A stretch of DNA of 61,243 bases, filler included, from Sphacelaria rigidula (GCA_964200075.2; 10 parts of 10 records of this genome joined end to end with filler, not necessarily neighbours in it), one strand, 5' to 3'; counted from the whole stretch's first letter, positions 1 to 13,004 are shown. Made by a program: numbers and translations. Notes: generated by a model from the sequence alone, not told the origin.

Positions 1-2399
1 GGAAGGGGGCGGGGCACCCCCGTTGAATATTAAACAGATAAATATATACAATTAGGTCTCCACGAACAGGGTATTCGACCCCAATACAGTGCTTTTCCTA
101 CACTTGCAGTGGCCGGGGTGCGTGGTCATTTTTCCTGCGGGTCAATGAACGTGCCCCGAACTTATCCGTGTCCAGAACAGTATACAGCATTGTAGCCAGC
201 AGCACGCGACGTAACCCCTTTTTGTATACTGATACTCACAACACCTGCTGTACTGTACTCTACTACAAACACAGCACAATAAATTCATGTACATCAAATA
301 CAGTACAGTAAATACAAAAGTGAGCGGTGCATGGCAGTGTTTATACTGGAATTTATCAAGAAACTGCTGCAAATATCAAACTTCACACGGTGCAACCTCA
401 CCACTAGGGGTGCTTGCGGATAATCGTGTCCCCAATTTGTGCACTGAACCATTTCACGCGATTCTTTTCCCCGTGGACTCTATACATGATGCACAACACC
501 ATCTACGTGCTGCAGACCCGGTTGGGCCTGCGTGGTCGCTACACATCGAAGTAACTTTCCCTCCGCAGGTTAGGGTGCACAGCAACAGTGTTCTCACCAC
601 CTAACGCGGTAATTTGTCACTTAAAGGTCACCTTTTCTGTCTTAAACCAGCACCAACGCTCCTGCCTTGTTCAAAGCTCCGCAGTGGTGTCGCGTGTCGG
701 ACCTGCGCTCCTTGGTGTGGAGCTCCATGGCCGTGTGAAGTACACCTACTTTGCGGCTGGTTCCACCCAAAGTCTTATACTATGACTCTTGTATGCGGGT
801 TTTCAGATAGTCGAGATTTTTTTTTCTTTCGGCGCAACACTGCAATAGAACACGCTGGCTAAGGCTAAAAAAATAGAGGAGAAACGGCGTGTAGTACCCG
901 CGCGAAAGATAATATAGATGTATGTACCAGTGCTCGCACAAAAAAATGAAGAGCGCGCTGGGGAATGCACCACCCAAAGGTGAAAGTTGACCACGTAGTG
1001 CTCACCCAGCGAAAAATGTAGTAGCAGGGCGGTGTGTGATATAAAACCTGAGGGGAGGTGCGGCGAAAGATGATAGCACCGAGTGTAGTGAGCAGGTTGG
1101 TGCAGATGATCACGCGGAAGAACAATTAGTGTGTGTGACAGTAATCTACACAGCTGGGGCGGCAAGCGCGAGGACCTGAACAGTTGCGCGGTAAAGCTGG
1201 CAACACAAATAGTCGTGCAGAAAGGTAAAAGGGCACCTCACTATAAGCACAGCAGCGGCACACAAGTGGCGACGTCCTCAAGGAGGAAAGGTACAGTCGA
1301 TGTCACCAGAGAGAAGCGGCGTGTTCTGTATCGGTTCAGTAAGGGATATGTTGAACTGTTCCTGGAGGTTGTACAGCGCCCCCACTGGACCGAACGTTGA
1401 GCGGGTTGAAAAGGACGATGGCAACAGCACAACGGCACTGTTACACAAGGGTGTCGCCCGACGAAAGGAGCGACCCAAACAAGAGAAGGGCAAAGGGCAG
1501 GTTGCAATCGTTGCTGCTGCAGCGGATATGTAGCGGAAACAAATGCAGGGAGGCACACTGATTGACTAGGAAAGAAAAGCCCTCTAAAGCGCAATGAAAA
1601 CGAAGGACTGTTGGGACTGCACCTAACCGGGGGTCAAAATACAGATGAACCAAAAGTGAGAAGCCGCAAAGGGCTACAGTAAGGGACAACTTGACAACGC
1701 GACAAGGCTATGAGAAGACGCGCGGCTACTGAAAAAAAACCAAGCAACACACGGCCAATTCGTCGTACGCCAGTGTGATATAGATGGGACGTGACCCAAG
1801 GTTCAACGCCTTCCTAACTATGATCAGTGTGCTGCAGGCTTGAGTAGGTACACAAACGCACCAGGTGTCCGAGTAAAGTAGGCTGCAAATGCACACGTGC
1901 AGGTTTCCGCGATCGTTGGTCACAGTAGCAACAACAAAAGAAGCTCAAAGGCTTGATATCTTTTTAACTCTCACTGATTATCCCCGCGATGGCCCAGCAC
2001 ACTGTTCTCACCAGTAGTAAACAGTAGGAGCAGATGGTCTGGTTCGAAGGATGGCTCAAGAGTGAGCAAGGATGCATGGGTGCATGCGACGCAACCTATC
2101 TAAATTCGGCCCGAGAAGGCGTTTGCCTCCTCGGGGTCAGGGCATCTCAGCCTGCACACTAATCTTCCCCGGAGTACAGCCTGTACATCCACTTTTCCCA
2201 GAACTTCGGAAGCATTCCCATGGCTGGATCGAGTGATCTGTGAGCCAACCTGCCCCAAAACTGTCTGGAGGAACAAATAACGCCTCTCTATCTTCCTTCC
2301 TCATGACAAAGAACTAGTGACAGAGGTAGGGTCGTGGCCGTAGTAGACTTGGTATGTATATGTTCCGGTGACCTCTTGCACAGAACGGGACAGGGAGCT

Positions 2400-2600
2400 C
2401 AGCTATTGCGCAGTTTCCTTTTCCCATCTGCGTCTTGAAAAAAAAGGAGGGGATGTCGTCGCCTTTCTTGAATATCCTATCATCGTTCTTCATGACAAGC
2501 TGAGCTCTGCCTGCTGTCGAGTATCCTGTCCGAGTGGAGTCTATTTTGAACAATCGAGCAATAAAGTTCGCAGTTTGCAGTCGTAGGTCCCCGGCCGGAG
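2400..2600 (-). mobile_element. Possible degenerate Ty1/copia gag fragment
   Basis: Translation GRAQLVMKNDDRIFKKGDDIPSFFFKTQ loosely fits the copia gag (UBN2-type) pattern L..K.....F..G(D/E)D...(F/Y)F.(R/K); judged by eye only. Confidence 0.3.
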
Positions 2601-4278
2601 GTGTCAACAGGAGAGGTATAGTTTCCAGCTGGACTGATGACGTGATAACCTCCCCCCAATAGAAGTGGCTGGTTTTTGAGCAGACGAAATCCACATGTAT
2701 ATCACAGTGACTAAAGCCGAGCACACCGAACAGTCGGGAGCTCCCACGCTTGAGATGGTCCTCGCCAAAGTCGCCAATATGGGGCTGGTTCGTGGTGTCT
2801 AATCATGGCATTACTCTCTGATATATTCACTCAGCCGCCAACCCCGTCTGTCATGAGGTGGTTGGCCCACGCTCGGTCTTTTCCACCAATACCTCTTTTT
2901 ACTGCGAACACGGAAGTGGTCGCTGTAGAGTTGTGCGTAATAGCAAAGATATTTCGCTTTCAGAGATGGCGGTATCGATCAACTGTATGTATTCATGGAA
3001 TTCAATTTCGCTTCAGCTCACCACTGCCGAACGTCCGTGTTCTCTCGTTTCCCTTCAAGTTCCAACAAAAACCGAAAAGATTGACTGCCCTAAACCAGGT
3101 CGGGCAATAGACCAATTCAAGATTGGCTACACATTTCCTCTGGAAACCTAGCGTCGGAATATTCTTCCTTCTCCCCCCCCCCGAGAAGTCGGGAAAAATT
3201 TCCCAGTTAATAAAAGAGAACCCTGATCAGAGTGCCTTCACGACCAGTCACGCGCCACCTGGCGGGAATCTATACCAGCTCAGACATATTGTCCAGGGAT
3301 TTCTGGTCAATGAATCGATTAAGTCCGAAATACTATTTGAAACCAAGCTTTTGCCTTCTAGCTTGTTTCCCCCACCGGCAATTTCACGATATTTTCTCGA
3401 GATGGCGGGTGCCTGTCCCCCTGGCTTCTGGCAAGAGGCAAAACAGAAAACAGGCAAGTTTTTTTTTCTTCACGGATACATCCTATTTCGGACGGATACA
3501 CCCTAACTAAGATTCCACTTTCCCCCCCTTGCCCCTTCCACGGGCAAAACACAAGATCCCTATTTACAGACATGAAATGCTTGCTCGCGGCTAAACACAA
3601 AGGTACCGTTACGCGCAAAAATAACACCCCTCAACGGCCTGCCAAACGGTATACGTACGCAACCAACTCCAACCCGCGGACTTGGCTACACCCGGCAGTC
3701 CGACCGAACCCCATAGTAGATATAGCTCAACAGCTGTCTGGAGCACCTGTGCGGTGTGGTCCCGAAGTACTCATGTGAAGAGCATCCCCTTCCCTTCATT
3801 TTTCGATTCAAGTTCGAACGAATAATCACCTCGCGCGTGTGGTACAGGTAAAAACACCCTTTCATAAGAATGGAGTGCTCATTGATTGCGGCACCAGGGA
3901 AGAAAAAATATACTTCGTATATAATGGAGACTATTTATCCATCCTTCCTTTACAACTGCGATTGTTGAGAAATATGCCATCAGGCTATAAGACTTTGAAG
4001 CTGCTGTCCTTGGTCTTCGGTCCTCAAAAAACCTCACGAGTCCACACGTTCCCCCTCCCTCAGTGTTGGGTCATCAAGTGCTATTAAGTAAAAAACAAAA
4101 CCTGAACCAAAGCTACTGAAGACAGCGGCGGCGGCCGCAGCGGAAACAACCAATGCAGCCTGCGCTCGCCTTCCGTTTCGCCGGGCGGTACCTTCACTCA
4201 AGTATCGCTCTCACACCCCGTTTTTACAAGTCGAACCTCAACATAGACCCCCGGCTATCGGCTATCACCCCTCGACTT

Positions 4279-4888
4279 TCATCCAACAGAGTCAAAGTCA
4301 TCGCCACCCAAAGGTTCCGCCTCGGCCTCCACATCCCCCGCGGCTGCCCGCCCCCCCCCTCTCCCTCCTCTGCCCCCCCTGCCTCCACCCCCTGGCCCTC
4401 TCCCAGATCCCCGCCCACCCTCACTATTCCGTCGCCACGCCCGACTCCCGACGCCCATGCTTCTCCACCTCCCCTTCCTTCTAAGCCCCGCTACAACTTC
4501 TTCCAGCACGGGCGACGGTTCCTCCGACATGAAGCCCCCGTTTCCCACCCTGACCAGCAACGGCCTCGGCGGTCGCGATTCCTTCTTCTTGGCGGGGTCC
4601 GCACCGGTTTCACCGCCATTGGCGCGGCCGACGCGGCCTCTCCTATGTCTAGCGAAGAATCGCCTTCGTCTCTCCTCGGCGCGGGTTAATTTTCTGACAC
4701 CTTCTGCGCCGTCGGCGGCCGCAGCAGTGCTGGCCGCAGCGGCAGTAGAGTCGGTGGTACTTGTGCCGGCGGCCGCCGCGGCAGCGTCTTGCCTGCGCTT
4801 TTCGCGGCGCTGGCGGGAGCGTTCTTCGCCTGCCTTGCGCCTGAGCGCTTCTGCTTTGCGTTCGCAGTGCGTGAACACTTCCGTGTAC
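4279..4888 (-). CDS. Probable terminal coding exon of an unknown low-complexity basic protein with an RGG-rich tail
   Basis: Polypyrimidine acceptor (ttttttcatttttcacccaacag|G) at 4889/4888, open GC-rich frame YTEVFTHCERKAEALRRK...GGRGGRGGRGGGR...DDFDSVG to TGA at 4281-4279. Upstream exons not found on this contig. Confidence 0.6.
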
Positions 4889-5233
4889 CTGTTGGGTGAA
4901 AAATGAAAAAAAGGGCGTGTTTGTCGGCTTGGTGGGTCTGGGGTATTGGGGTGAGATCACATGGGGGGGAAATTGAAGGAGAGGGAAAGAGAGAGCGCGC
5001 GCGCACTCTTCGCTGTTTCTTCCCCCAACTCTTATGAGCGGAAGGCGGGGAGGGGGGGGGGGGCTCGCTCAAGAGAACTAACCGTATCATCGCGGATGTG
5101 CGCTGATTACTCGACAAAGAGCGTTGTTCATTTGAGTGGCCGATCATAGACGCTTCTTGGGTATCGGGGACGTGTGAAAAGAAAGAGAAGGGGCGGTTGA
5201 TTCAACTTCCCCCCCTTCCGCTCCCCCACCTTC

Positions 5234-5326
5234 TCCGGCGAAAACCCGGCGTGCTCCGTCCCGGCTTCGTTAGGGTGCGAGGCCAATGGTCTTATGACTA
5301 CGGCATGCATGATCATGAGTGTCCCC
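5234..5326 (-). repeat. Unclassified ~100-bp dispersed repeat flanked by G/C runs (other copies 7046-7095, 9750-9900, 16345-16440, 26040-26112)
   Basis: Shared core TACTCATGATC.TGCATGCCGTAGTC.TAAGACCATTGACCTCGCA.CCCTACAAAGCCGGGACGGAG.ACGCCGGG.TTTCGCCGGA in both orientations on four contigs. Confidence 0.85.
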
Positions 5327-5351
5327 CTTCCTCCTCCCCCTCCCCCCCCCT

Positions 5352-5687
5352 CCTTCTCACTTCTAACCCCTCCCATTCCGAGGAGCGAGTCCGTGGTGTC
5401 AAGCGACCAACCCATGTTCCCCCCCGGTACACGTCTCACGTCTTGTTATCGTGGATTGGATTATGACTATCAGCGCTCCCGCACCACGTCGAAGCTCATG
5501 ATTCAAAACAAAGTATGTTCTGCCACTCACGTCCGTCCTCATGCCTTCAACGACGGAAAACCGAATTATACTCCCACGAAAAAAAACAAGAAATAATGCA
5601 AGCTGAACGCTTCCGACGGGAACCAAACCCACGTTATTGTCGGCGGAATGGTGTCAGTTACTTGTACCACTAACACACCATCGGGTC
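5352..5687 (-). mobile_element. tRNA-derived SINE family A, diverged copy
   Basis: Colinear with 33201-33515 (aacccctcc..., aacccat....ccccggtacacg, ggattggat, ccgcacc, gtcctca.gc.ttc.ac, degenerate B and A boxes). Confidence 0.7.
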
Positions 5688-6035
5688 CCGGCGGCTTCTT
5701 GCGTCATCGACATCCATGTGTGCACCCTTAAAGTACCGTAGAATGTCAGGATCTAAAAAAAGAAAAAAGAAAACGGCGAGGTTTAACAAGCTGCGAAACC
5801 GTAGCAGTCGGGGATGCAATAAGACTATCGGGCTGACCCCAAACTACTGTCTTCAACTGTCGGCCCTTCCCGGCGGGACCAGTCAGCTTTCCCCCGACCC
5901 CCCCCCTCTTGTTGTTACTCGTGGTTAGACACCCGTGAGGCAGTGTAAAAGCTGTGGCTGTCTCTGGAAGTGGCGATACCACAGAATAAAGCAACTCATG
6001 GTAGGCTGTCATCCAAATGCAAGATAATCAGTACG

Positions 6036-6135
6036 NNNNNNNNNNNNNNNNNNNNNNNNNNNNNNNNNNNNNNNNNNNNTTAATTAATTAANNNNNNNNN
6101 NNNNNNNNNNNNNNNNNNNNNNNNNNNNNNNNNNN
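6036..6135. other. Artificial 100-bp contig linker (N44-TTAATTAATTAA-N44); also at 12171-12270, 18306-18405, 24441-24540, 30576-30675, 36710-36809, 42844-42943, 48978-49077, 55111-55210
   Basis: Nine identical spacers with stops in all six frames; the intervening contigs are 6035, 6034 and 6033 bp in descending order and together with the linkers sum to 61243. Confidence 0.98.
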
Positions 6136-6305
6136 CCGCGTCAACTCACGTCACACAAACACAGTCGGCCACTTGTTTACTCACGTTCTCACGCTTTCCA
6201 CGGTGGAAACCATTCATTACGAAGAAAAAGCCCAATGCATCGGGAATCGAACCCCCGTTCTCTCAACCCTAATGGTGACAGGCGGACCATTACACCACCG
6301 GGGCG
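6136..6305 (-). mobile_element. tRNA-derived SINE family A, head, truncated by contig end
   Basis: Minus strand reads CCCCGG-TGGTGTAATGG (A box) ... GGTTCGATTCC (B box), followed by a body matching 33338-33515; no complete cloverleaf. Confidence 0.8.
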
Positions 6306-7710
6306 CGGCGGCACCTGAACCATTTATTTATTATAGCGGACTAATTACCGGGTATCGCTGCTGACAGAGTTGGGCAGCGCAACGCTGATTACAGGGGTGG
6401 CAACCCCGGGGTGAAACAGGGGTCCGATGGCTTAACAGCCTGAAGGACCGCGGGATCAGCTTTTGTTCGATGTCACAGATACCACTGAGTTAAACAGTCA
6501 GCGTATAACGTAACCTCTGGTTTCTGTCATTTGTTTTTCAAATCCTTGTGACGATCGAGTCCTCAGATGTAGTGGGGTGTTGTTCACAACCATACAGTAT
6601 GTTACACAGATTAAAGCACCTGTACGCTGAATAACACCCCCTGCGCCCTTTCGAGGGTTAGCGTCGGTTGGCAATAACGCTGCAGAACACGCCACTCACT
6701 GCGTAAGCTGGGCAACCAAATCACCGTTTTTTTTTTTGCGGTAATCATGATTGTGGTCTAGCTAGATCATTGTGTGCGGGCTGGAGAACCTGAATTCCGT
6801 GCAAAGGTGATGATCGTAATACGTCATGTTTGAATGGTGAGACACCCAATCTGGCAATGTGTATCGTGTGGTTGTCTCTAGAAGTGGCGATGGCAGAAAA
6901 TGTAGTAACACATTCGAGACTGTCATCCATCTGTAAGTTAAATCAGTACTCTTGGCGCGGAACAATCATGGCAGGATGCGGTTCACCCTTCATGCGACTC
7001 GCCGAACGCATCACCGCGCTTCGCGCTTGGTGATTGAGTGCTTTGTCCCGGCTTTGTAGGGGTGGGAGGTCAAGGGTCTTATGACTACGGCACGCAAAAC
7101 GATGGGTACACCACCTCCTACCTGGCGTAACACCCCCGAGTGAACAGTATTCGGTCATTTTTGACCCAAAGTTGGTATCCCCGATACTGTACGAGTATCG
7201 GGCAGTGAGGGTATCACCATAGTGTGGTCCGTTCATGTGCAGGATTTCTTGTCAGTAGAGTTCCGTGACTTGTCCAAGTCCAACCCGCTATACTAGTACC
7301 TAGTCATTGCACGATATCGACACTGTGTGCGGGTTTCCAGGATAATGCGGTCTTGCCGGGCTGACGACCCACCGCACTGTTCTGGGATCCCCACATTAGG
7401 TTATATACCACTCCCTGCGTAAGCCCGGGTGTTCACTTTGGTGCGGACCCCAAATGTTCATCACTCGCGACCGTTGTGATGTGGTCAAATAGGGTAGCCG
7501 TACGCAGCACATCTGCTTGAGTTACCATGAGCAAGCATTAGCTAGCCGCTTCAGTATATTTATCACACGGAGCAAACTGAAACGACAAAAGTAAGGACAA
7601 AAAAAATAAATGAAAGGGAAACGAAAGAGAAAATAAGCCAGTCTCAAAATGTAGCACCGGTCCCAAATGCCCTGCTTATGCATAATTTTTGGAGTGAATC
7701 TTCATACCTC

Positions 7711-8158
7711 TGGCGTCGTCCTTCTGGTGAACAAAAAAAAACGTCCTGTAAAATTGCTTTTTTTTGGTCCTCCTTCGTCGTTTTACGCCCCAAAAGAGAG
7801 CTGGACGGAGTTTGACACCTTAGAATAACTTGCTCTACTCGTTGAAACGGTTCCGGGACCTCTGCGCGTTTTTTCGGTGGCCGCTGTTTTTATTTGGGCC
7901 ACACAAGCATTTTTGTCTACAAACGGCCATGTCCAGAGAAAAGTGACAGTATTTTTTTTTAACTTTCTGGACCGTTCTTAACTGTTCTTGGACAAAAATG
8001 CAAGTGTGGCGAAAAAAGACTGCGGCCACCGGAAAACGCGAGTCATTCCCAAGGTGTCAAACTCCGCCTGATTCTCTCCGAGGGCATAAAACGACGGAGA
8101 AGGGCCAAATACGCTTTTTTACAGGACGGTTTTTTGTCCACCATACGGAGCGGCCTTA
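7711..8158. mobile_element. Foldback MITE, PIF/Harbinger-like (same family as the 31255-32660 cluster)
   Basis: Long inverted arms (ggagtttgacacctt...aaggtgtcaaactcc; tttttcggtggccgc...gcggccaccggaaaa); right end GGAGCGGCC|TTA. Confidence 0.8.
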
Positions 8159-8319
8159 CCCCGACTTTGCGCATGATTGAGGAACAATTTGGTTTCCCGA
8201 GGATTTTGTTCCTTTTCCGGGTGAAAATGAACGGCCATCATTTGCATTTTGCGCACGGTTAGGGCAAGCTTTGGTCTCTGGAAGATTCCGAGGTTATGTG
8301 CCTATGGGATACGATGTTG

Positions 8320-8915
8320 TATACCCGGGGCATCTACCCGAGTATTACCCGTACCCGATAGTTTTGTGCGCTATCTAAGCCTCTCATACCGTAATCCTAC
8401 ACTTTTGTTAGTTCTGTACGCCTCCTATACTCGTACCCGAGGCACGGGTCCACCGTTCTGACAACATGCAAGAGAGGGTAGGATTTTATGTACAGCATCC
8501 CTACGCGTACCTGACAGTTCTGTAAGTTCTATGAGCTTCCCATACCTATGTCCCACAGCTTTCCAAGTTCTGTGAGCCTTCCATACCCGTACTCGACAGT
8601 TCTGTAAGGCTTACAAGCGTCCCGTACCCGTACCCCGGGTACGGGTATACCATTGTAAAAATACCCGGGTGAAGGTACACTTTTTGTACAGCATCCATAC
8701 CCGCATTCGACAGTTCTGAGTTCCGAAAACTCCAGTGTCCGACAGTTCGGTACTATCTGTACGAGATATCTACCCCCACCCGGGGTGAGGGTCCGCCCTT
8801 TTAGAAATACCCGGGTGCGGGTGTGTTTCAGTACAACATCCACACCCTACCCGACAAGTTCTTCATGTTCTGTAAGTAATATCATACCCTACCGAGCGTA
8901 CCCGCCACCTATGGA
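8320..8915. repeat. Repeat built from scrambled short motifs (ACCCGTACCCG, ATACCCGGG, AGTTCTGTAAG), probably a non-autonomous element
   Basis: Many interleaved direct and inverted copies of these motifs over ~600 bp; no coding signal. Confidence 0.65.
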
Positions 8916-9422
8916 AACTTATCTTGGAGTAGTCCTTTCCTTTTGCGTGTAAAATGAGCTGTCAATATGCACCCTTCGTCCATGGTTGAGAGTTTTTTTT
9001 TCCCACTAGGATTCAATTACGTGCGCCGGTGAGGATTAAGTGCCAAGCTTATGTTGAGCCCCAAACGAGAAATGCAAGAAACTCATCGAAAATGTGCCGA
9101 AAGAGACGAGATTTTCGTGAAGCGCTGTTGGGTTGGTAGCTACAAGCGCTTCATATTTTTACTTATTTTTCTGTTCATTCTGCTTATTTTAGTTTAATCT
9201 ATCTTCATCGCGAGAAAGGTGTAGACTGGCGTGCAGAATAGACGGCATGGCAACACACACACATGCACACATACACACTCGCGCGCTCGTTTTTTAATTT
9301 CTCCGGTCATCCCATATCTTTGTGTCTTCATTTGGTGGATTCGTATATATGTTTGAACGTTTTCGCGATGTGTGCGGTTTTTTTCACTCTTCTTTTATTT
9401 CCCCCCCCCCCCTTTTCCTCAG

Positions 9423-9602
9423 GAATACATGCGAAACATCATGACGATAGAGCCCAAGTGGCTGGTGGAACTGGCGCCGCAGTTCTACAAGGCGGCAGAC
9501 CCCAATAAGATGACGAGGCAAAAGAGGATGCAGAAGATCGAACCCCTGTACGACAGATTCAACCCCCCGAATTCGTGGCGTCTCAGCAAGCGAAAAGGAT
9601 AA
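9423..9602 (+). CDS. DHX8: Last exon of a DEAH-box pre-mRNA splicing helicase, DHX8/PRP22 type
   Basis: Acceptor cccccttttcctcag| at 9422; EYMRNIMTIEPKWLVELAPQFYKAADPNKMTRQKRMQKIEPLYDRFNPPNSWRLSKRKG* matches the Prp22/DHX8 C-terminus (EYMR...I.P.WLVE.AP.F.K..DP.K....K....EPLY......WR.S). Confidence 0.93.
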   Translation, partial: EYMRNIMTIEPKWLVELAPQFYKAADPNKMTRQKRMQKIEPLYDRFNPPNSWRLSKRKG

Positions 9603-12111
9603 CACTAGTCGAAATGTTCTTCTTCTCGTGTCTTTTAGTCAATCGTATTTGTTTGGTTCATTTCTGGTTTCCGTTTCTCGGTGGCGCGGTCTGTGAGTTG
9701 GTTCGTTCGGATTGGATGGGGGACGGGGGGCCAGCGGGGAACGGGGAGGGGGGTGTACGCATAATCATGCATGCCATAGTCAGGAGAACATTTTCGGGGG
9801 GGGGGGGGGGACTCATGATCTTTCATGCCGTAGTCGTAAGACCGTTGACCTCGCATCTCTACAAAGCCGGAACGAAATACGCCGGGATTTCGCCGGACCA
9901 GGGGGTTGAGGGGGAGGGGGCACCTACAGAGGCTCAAGCCATAGACCCGGGGCCATCAAGGCAGGAATGAAGCACTTTCTGGGATGGTTGATGGAAGATG
10001 ACATGCTATTGATTCAGAAGCGAGTAAACAAATAATGAATATTCGAACGTGTTGATGAAAAGAGAAATGCGTTACGCTCAGGGCCCAAAACTCGACATCT
10101 GAATAGTGACTGGCAACAGCAGGATTGGCTTGAACGGGGACTCACGTTGAGCATGCATGTCCTCGTTTTATTGTAGTATCAACCATTTGATCACCGTGCG
10201 TGGTCGCTTAGGAGAAAGGGGTATTTGTTCTTTGATGACATGATGGTCGGTGGTGGATGGTCCCCAACCGCTTCCTCGTTTTTTTTTTTTCACCGATTTG
10301 ACCCAAGATCGGGGAATGGGATGACGTGTACTGCTGTGATTTTTGTTTTTTTGTTTTTTGTGCAGCTCCATGGAGTTCAATCGCTGGGTTGTCCATGTCG
10401 CTATGTATCCCACGATGGCTGAGTGATCGCTGAATTGGTTTGTTGGTCAGTTGATGGGTCGTTTGCTCGGTGATTTTTGTGGCTTAGTTGGGTCGTTGGT
10501 CGGTCGTTCTATAAACTGATCCGCTGCGAACGCATACGTGGGTCACGAGATGGGTGTACCAACAAGGCGAATAAACCGAAAATAACTGTCAATAACAAGG
10601 AGCCCCCGGGTGGGAGAAGGACAGGAAGGAAATAAAAAAACATAGAATAAAAGGTGACGTTTTTTTTGTGCAGCTGTGCGGTGAGCAGTGTGCGTCTACA
10701 TACATTTCTATCCCTAGCGAGAGCACAGTGAGCACGGGAGAAGGTGTACTACGTGATTCAGCCGCGGAAATCGAAAGGAAGGGTACATGTGCACGATTGG
10801 ACAGTTTCAATCGTGTTCATGTTGTGGATTCGAGGTTGGGGAGAAGAGGGACTGTTGTTGATGTTCCAGCCTGCAGGCCATGAGACACGACCTGGTTGCC
10901 AGCAAGTGACTGCACACGGAGGAGGGTACACGTACAGGACAACAGCTGATGTGAGGTACAGAAGGTTGCCCCGCAGATGAACAGACTGTGTCTTCCAGAT
11001 AAAACATTACAGTATTGCAATATTTCTGCTGTGGACCGGTTCTGAGATTATACTGATGGCAACCTGCTACGCAGAGGTTGGTCATGATCCGGAGCACCGC
11101 AGTTTTGACAGGTTAAAACGCCACTCGGAACAGTACACCCGGTGGGAAGGATCGCGGGTATGCGGTGATTTCGAAGTACATGGTGTTTTTCATACTGTGT
11201 AGAGTTCCTAGCAAGTAGTGGTAAGGGACAACAGAGGGAAGAGGGAACACTGGCCATGTGAATTGATGCCCAGGAGTCGTGAGGAGCGTGGTCCTTCAGT
11301 CGGACACTCACAGTTCATATTCGGTTGTATGATCGTTGTTGGTATGTGTTTTGCCGAGTTGTTTGGTTTGTAGTGCGTGGTTTGACATATTCGTTTTGGC
11401 CGGGCGTGTCAAGAGTGGGCAGTGAAGGGTGAAGCACCGAAACCGTGGTTTTTGTGAGGCGTAGGCGAAATTGAAAACATTGATTTGCAAATGGCAGCCA
11501 TAAATGCGGGAGGGTGCCTTCCCCGGTTTCCGCCGGGTATTGAAAAACGATGGCACAGTTTTTGCAAGGTCTATGAAACATTGACGGGCACAGACAGTTC
11601 TCTTCGAACTAAAATTCCGCGTTTCCCACCCGTAAAGCGTTACATTGGCACAAATTCCTATTTCGAATATGAACCAGTCCATTTCAGTTCGGTTCTATAC
11701 TTAATCGCTTTATGCAAATCCCAGAATAGTTGGTATAACTCTTCGACAGCATTTTAGTACATTTGGCCAAACCCAAAGCGAGCACTTTCCCGCAGCTTTT
11801 GAGAGCCGTTTTGACTGTATGGAATACGATTGAAACAATCGAAACTGTTCAATTGTACAAGCACAGTAAAAAAATTGGGTGCTACTGTTGTTGTAAAGAG
11901 GGTCAGCCGAGCAACGAAAGGTACGAGCTGGGATAGCCTAGAAGCGGGTTTGTAGTTCTCATGCCCATTCTCAGCTTAATTTTTAGGGTTGGACCTTGAA
12001 GTTCGGTGTGAACAATGGAATAGGGTATCATGGACTCAAAAGGTCATTTTTCTTTTATGAGTTGACGGCATTTTACTGGAATCCGAAAACTGGTAATTGC
12101 CTTCAACTAAT

Positions 12112-12170
12112 AACAGTGTTTTCGTGAGATTGAGAGTAGATGATACGGTTGAGAGTGGCTTTGGTCATTC
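12112..12170 (+). mobile_element. Left TIR of the AACA-MITE family (see 37689-37978), cut by contig end
   Basis: AACAGTGTTTTCGTGAGATTGAGAGTA...GAGAGTG matches the TIRs at 37689 and 37978. Confidence 0.8.
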
Positions 12171-12791
12171 NNNNNNNNNNNNNNNNNNNNNNNNNNNNNN
12201 NNNNNNNNNNNNNNTTAATTAATTAANNNNNNNNNNNNNNNNNNNNNNNNNNNNNNNNNNNNNNNNNNNNATACCACCCTTGGTTTGAGGCACAACTTGA
12301 CCACGGAAATTCATAGCCTCTAGCCCTGCACGACAGCGAGCGCCCTCCCCCCCCCCCCCTCGAGTCTGTGCAATCCGAGCACCGGGGAGAACGCTTCCCT
12401 CTAGAACATTTCTGAAGTTCATAACTGGCGCCAACATACTATAGCTGTGGTGAAACGAAATTGTAGGCGGCAATCCACATCAAATGTGGGGGAAACACAA
12501 CAGAAACGTTTGTATGTAATCGCCTGTGCAGAATGTCGCGATATCGTGAAAAAATAATCTGCATACCTTGAATGCCCATGAAAACAACTGAGAAATGGCC
12601 CAATGCATACCTAGGGCTCGGCTGCTGATAAATCTCATCACTTGACTGAAGGGGAAATTTGAAACACATTATTGGTGCGAACAACCGTGGCTATTGCTGT
12701 TGAACGAGTTGGCTTTGGGGCATGACTAAGCGCTGATTCCGTGGCTCGCATCCACGCCCCTGCAACCTCAGTCAGTGAAATCATCACAGAC

Positions 12792-13004
12792 CTATCGTGT
12801 GTCACCCCCAAACGCTTTTACGTTTTCACGTCTAACCCAAGCCCACTCCACGCCACGCCCACCCCTGTCGACAAGCTGCATTTCCCTTCTGAAGCTGTGG
12901 AACGCTGGAGCCCCTTTCTTCGTTTTGTATCCCGCACGCTCGAAGCCCCTGATGGTGTCTGTCAGCTGCTCATACACAAATCCATCCACCGGTAGGGGAT
13001 TCGC
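12792..13004 (-). CDS. ROCO-family gene, terminal exon
   Basis: Acceptor gtctcctcacag|GCG at 13005/13004, phase 0, 213 bp: ANPLPVDGFVYEQLTDTIRGFE...VEWAWVRRENVKAFGGDTR*; joins in frame to the exon ending at 13414. Confidence 0.8.
   Translation of the reverse strand, partial: ANPLPVDGFVYEQLTDTIRGFERAGYKTKKGAPAFHSFRREMQLVDRGGRGVEWAWVRRENVKAFGGDTR

Noticed and set aside
900..2308. Possible minus-strand LTR starting TGTCATGA, related to 49704 onward
   Set aside because: The octamer occurs several times nearby and I could not align the two regions convincingly by eye.
6235..6305. tRNA gene
   Set aside because: It has A and B boxes but no proper acceptor or anticodon stems, and it is attached to a repeated body, so it is a SINE head.
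6745..6930. Copia RT-like TFSAIAT...LHG
   Set aside because: Too degenerate, with no adjacent RT motifs found.
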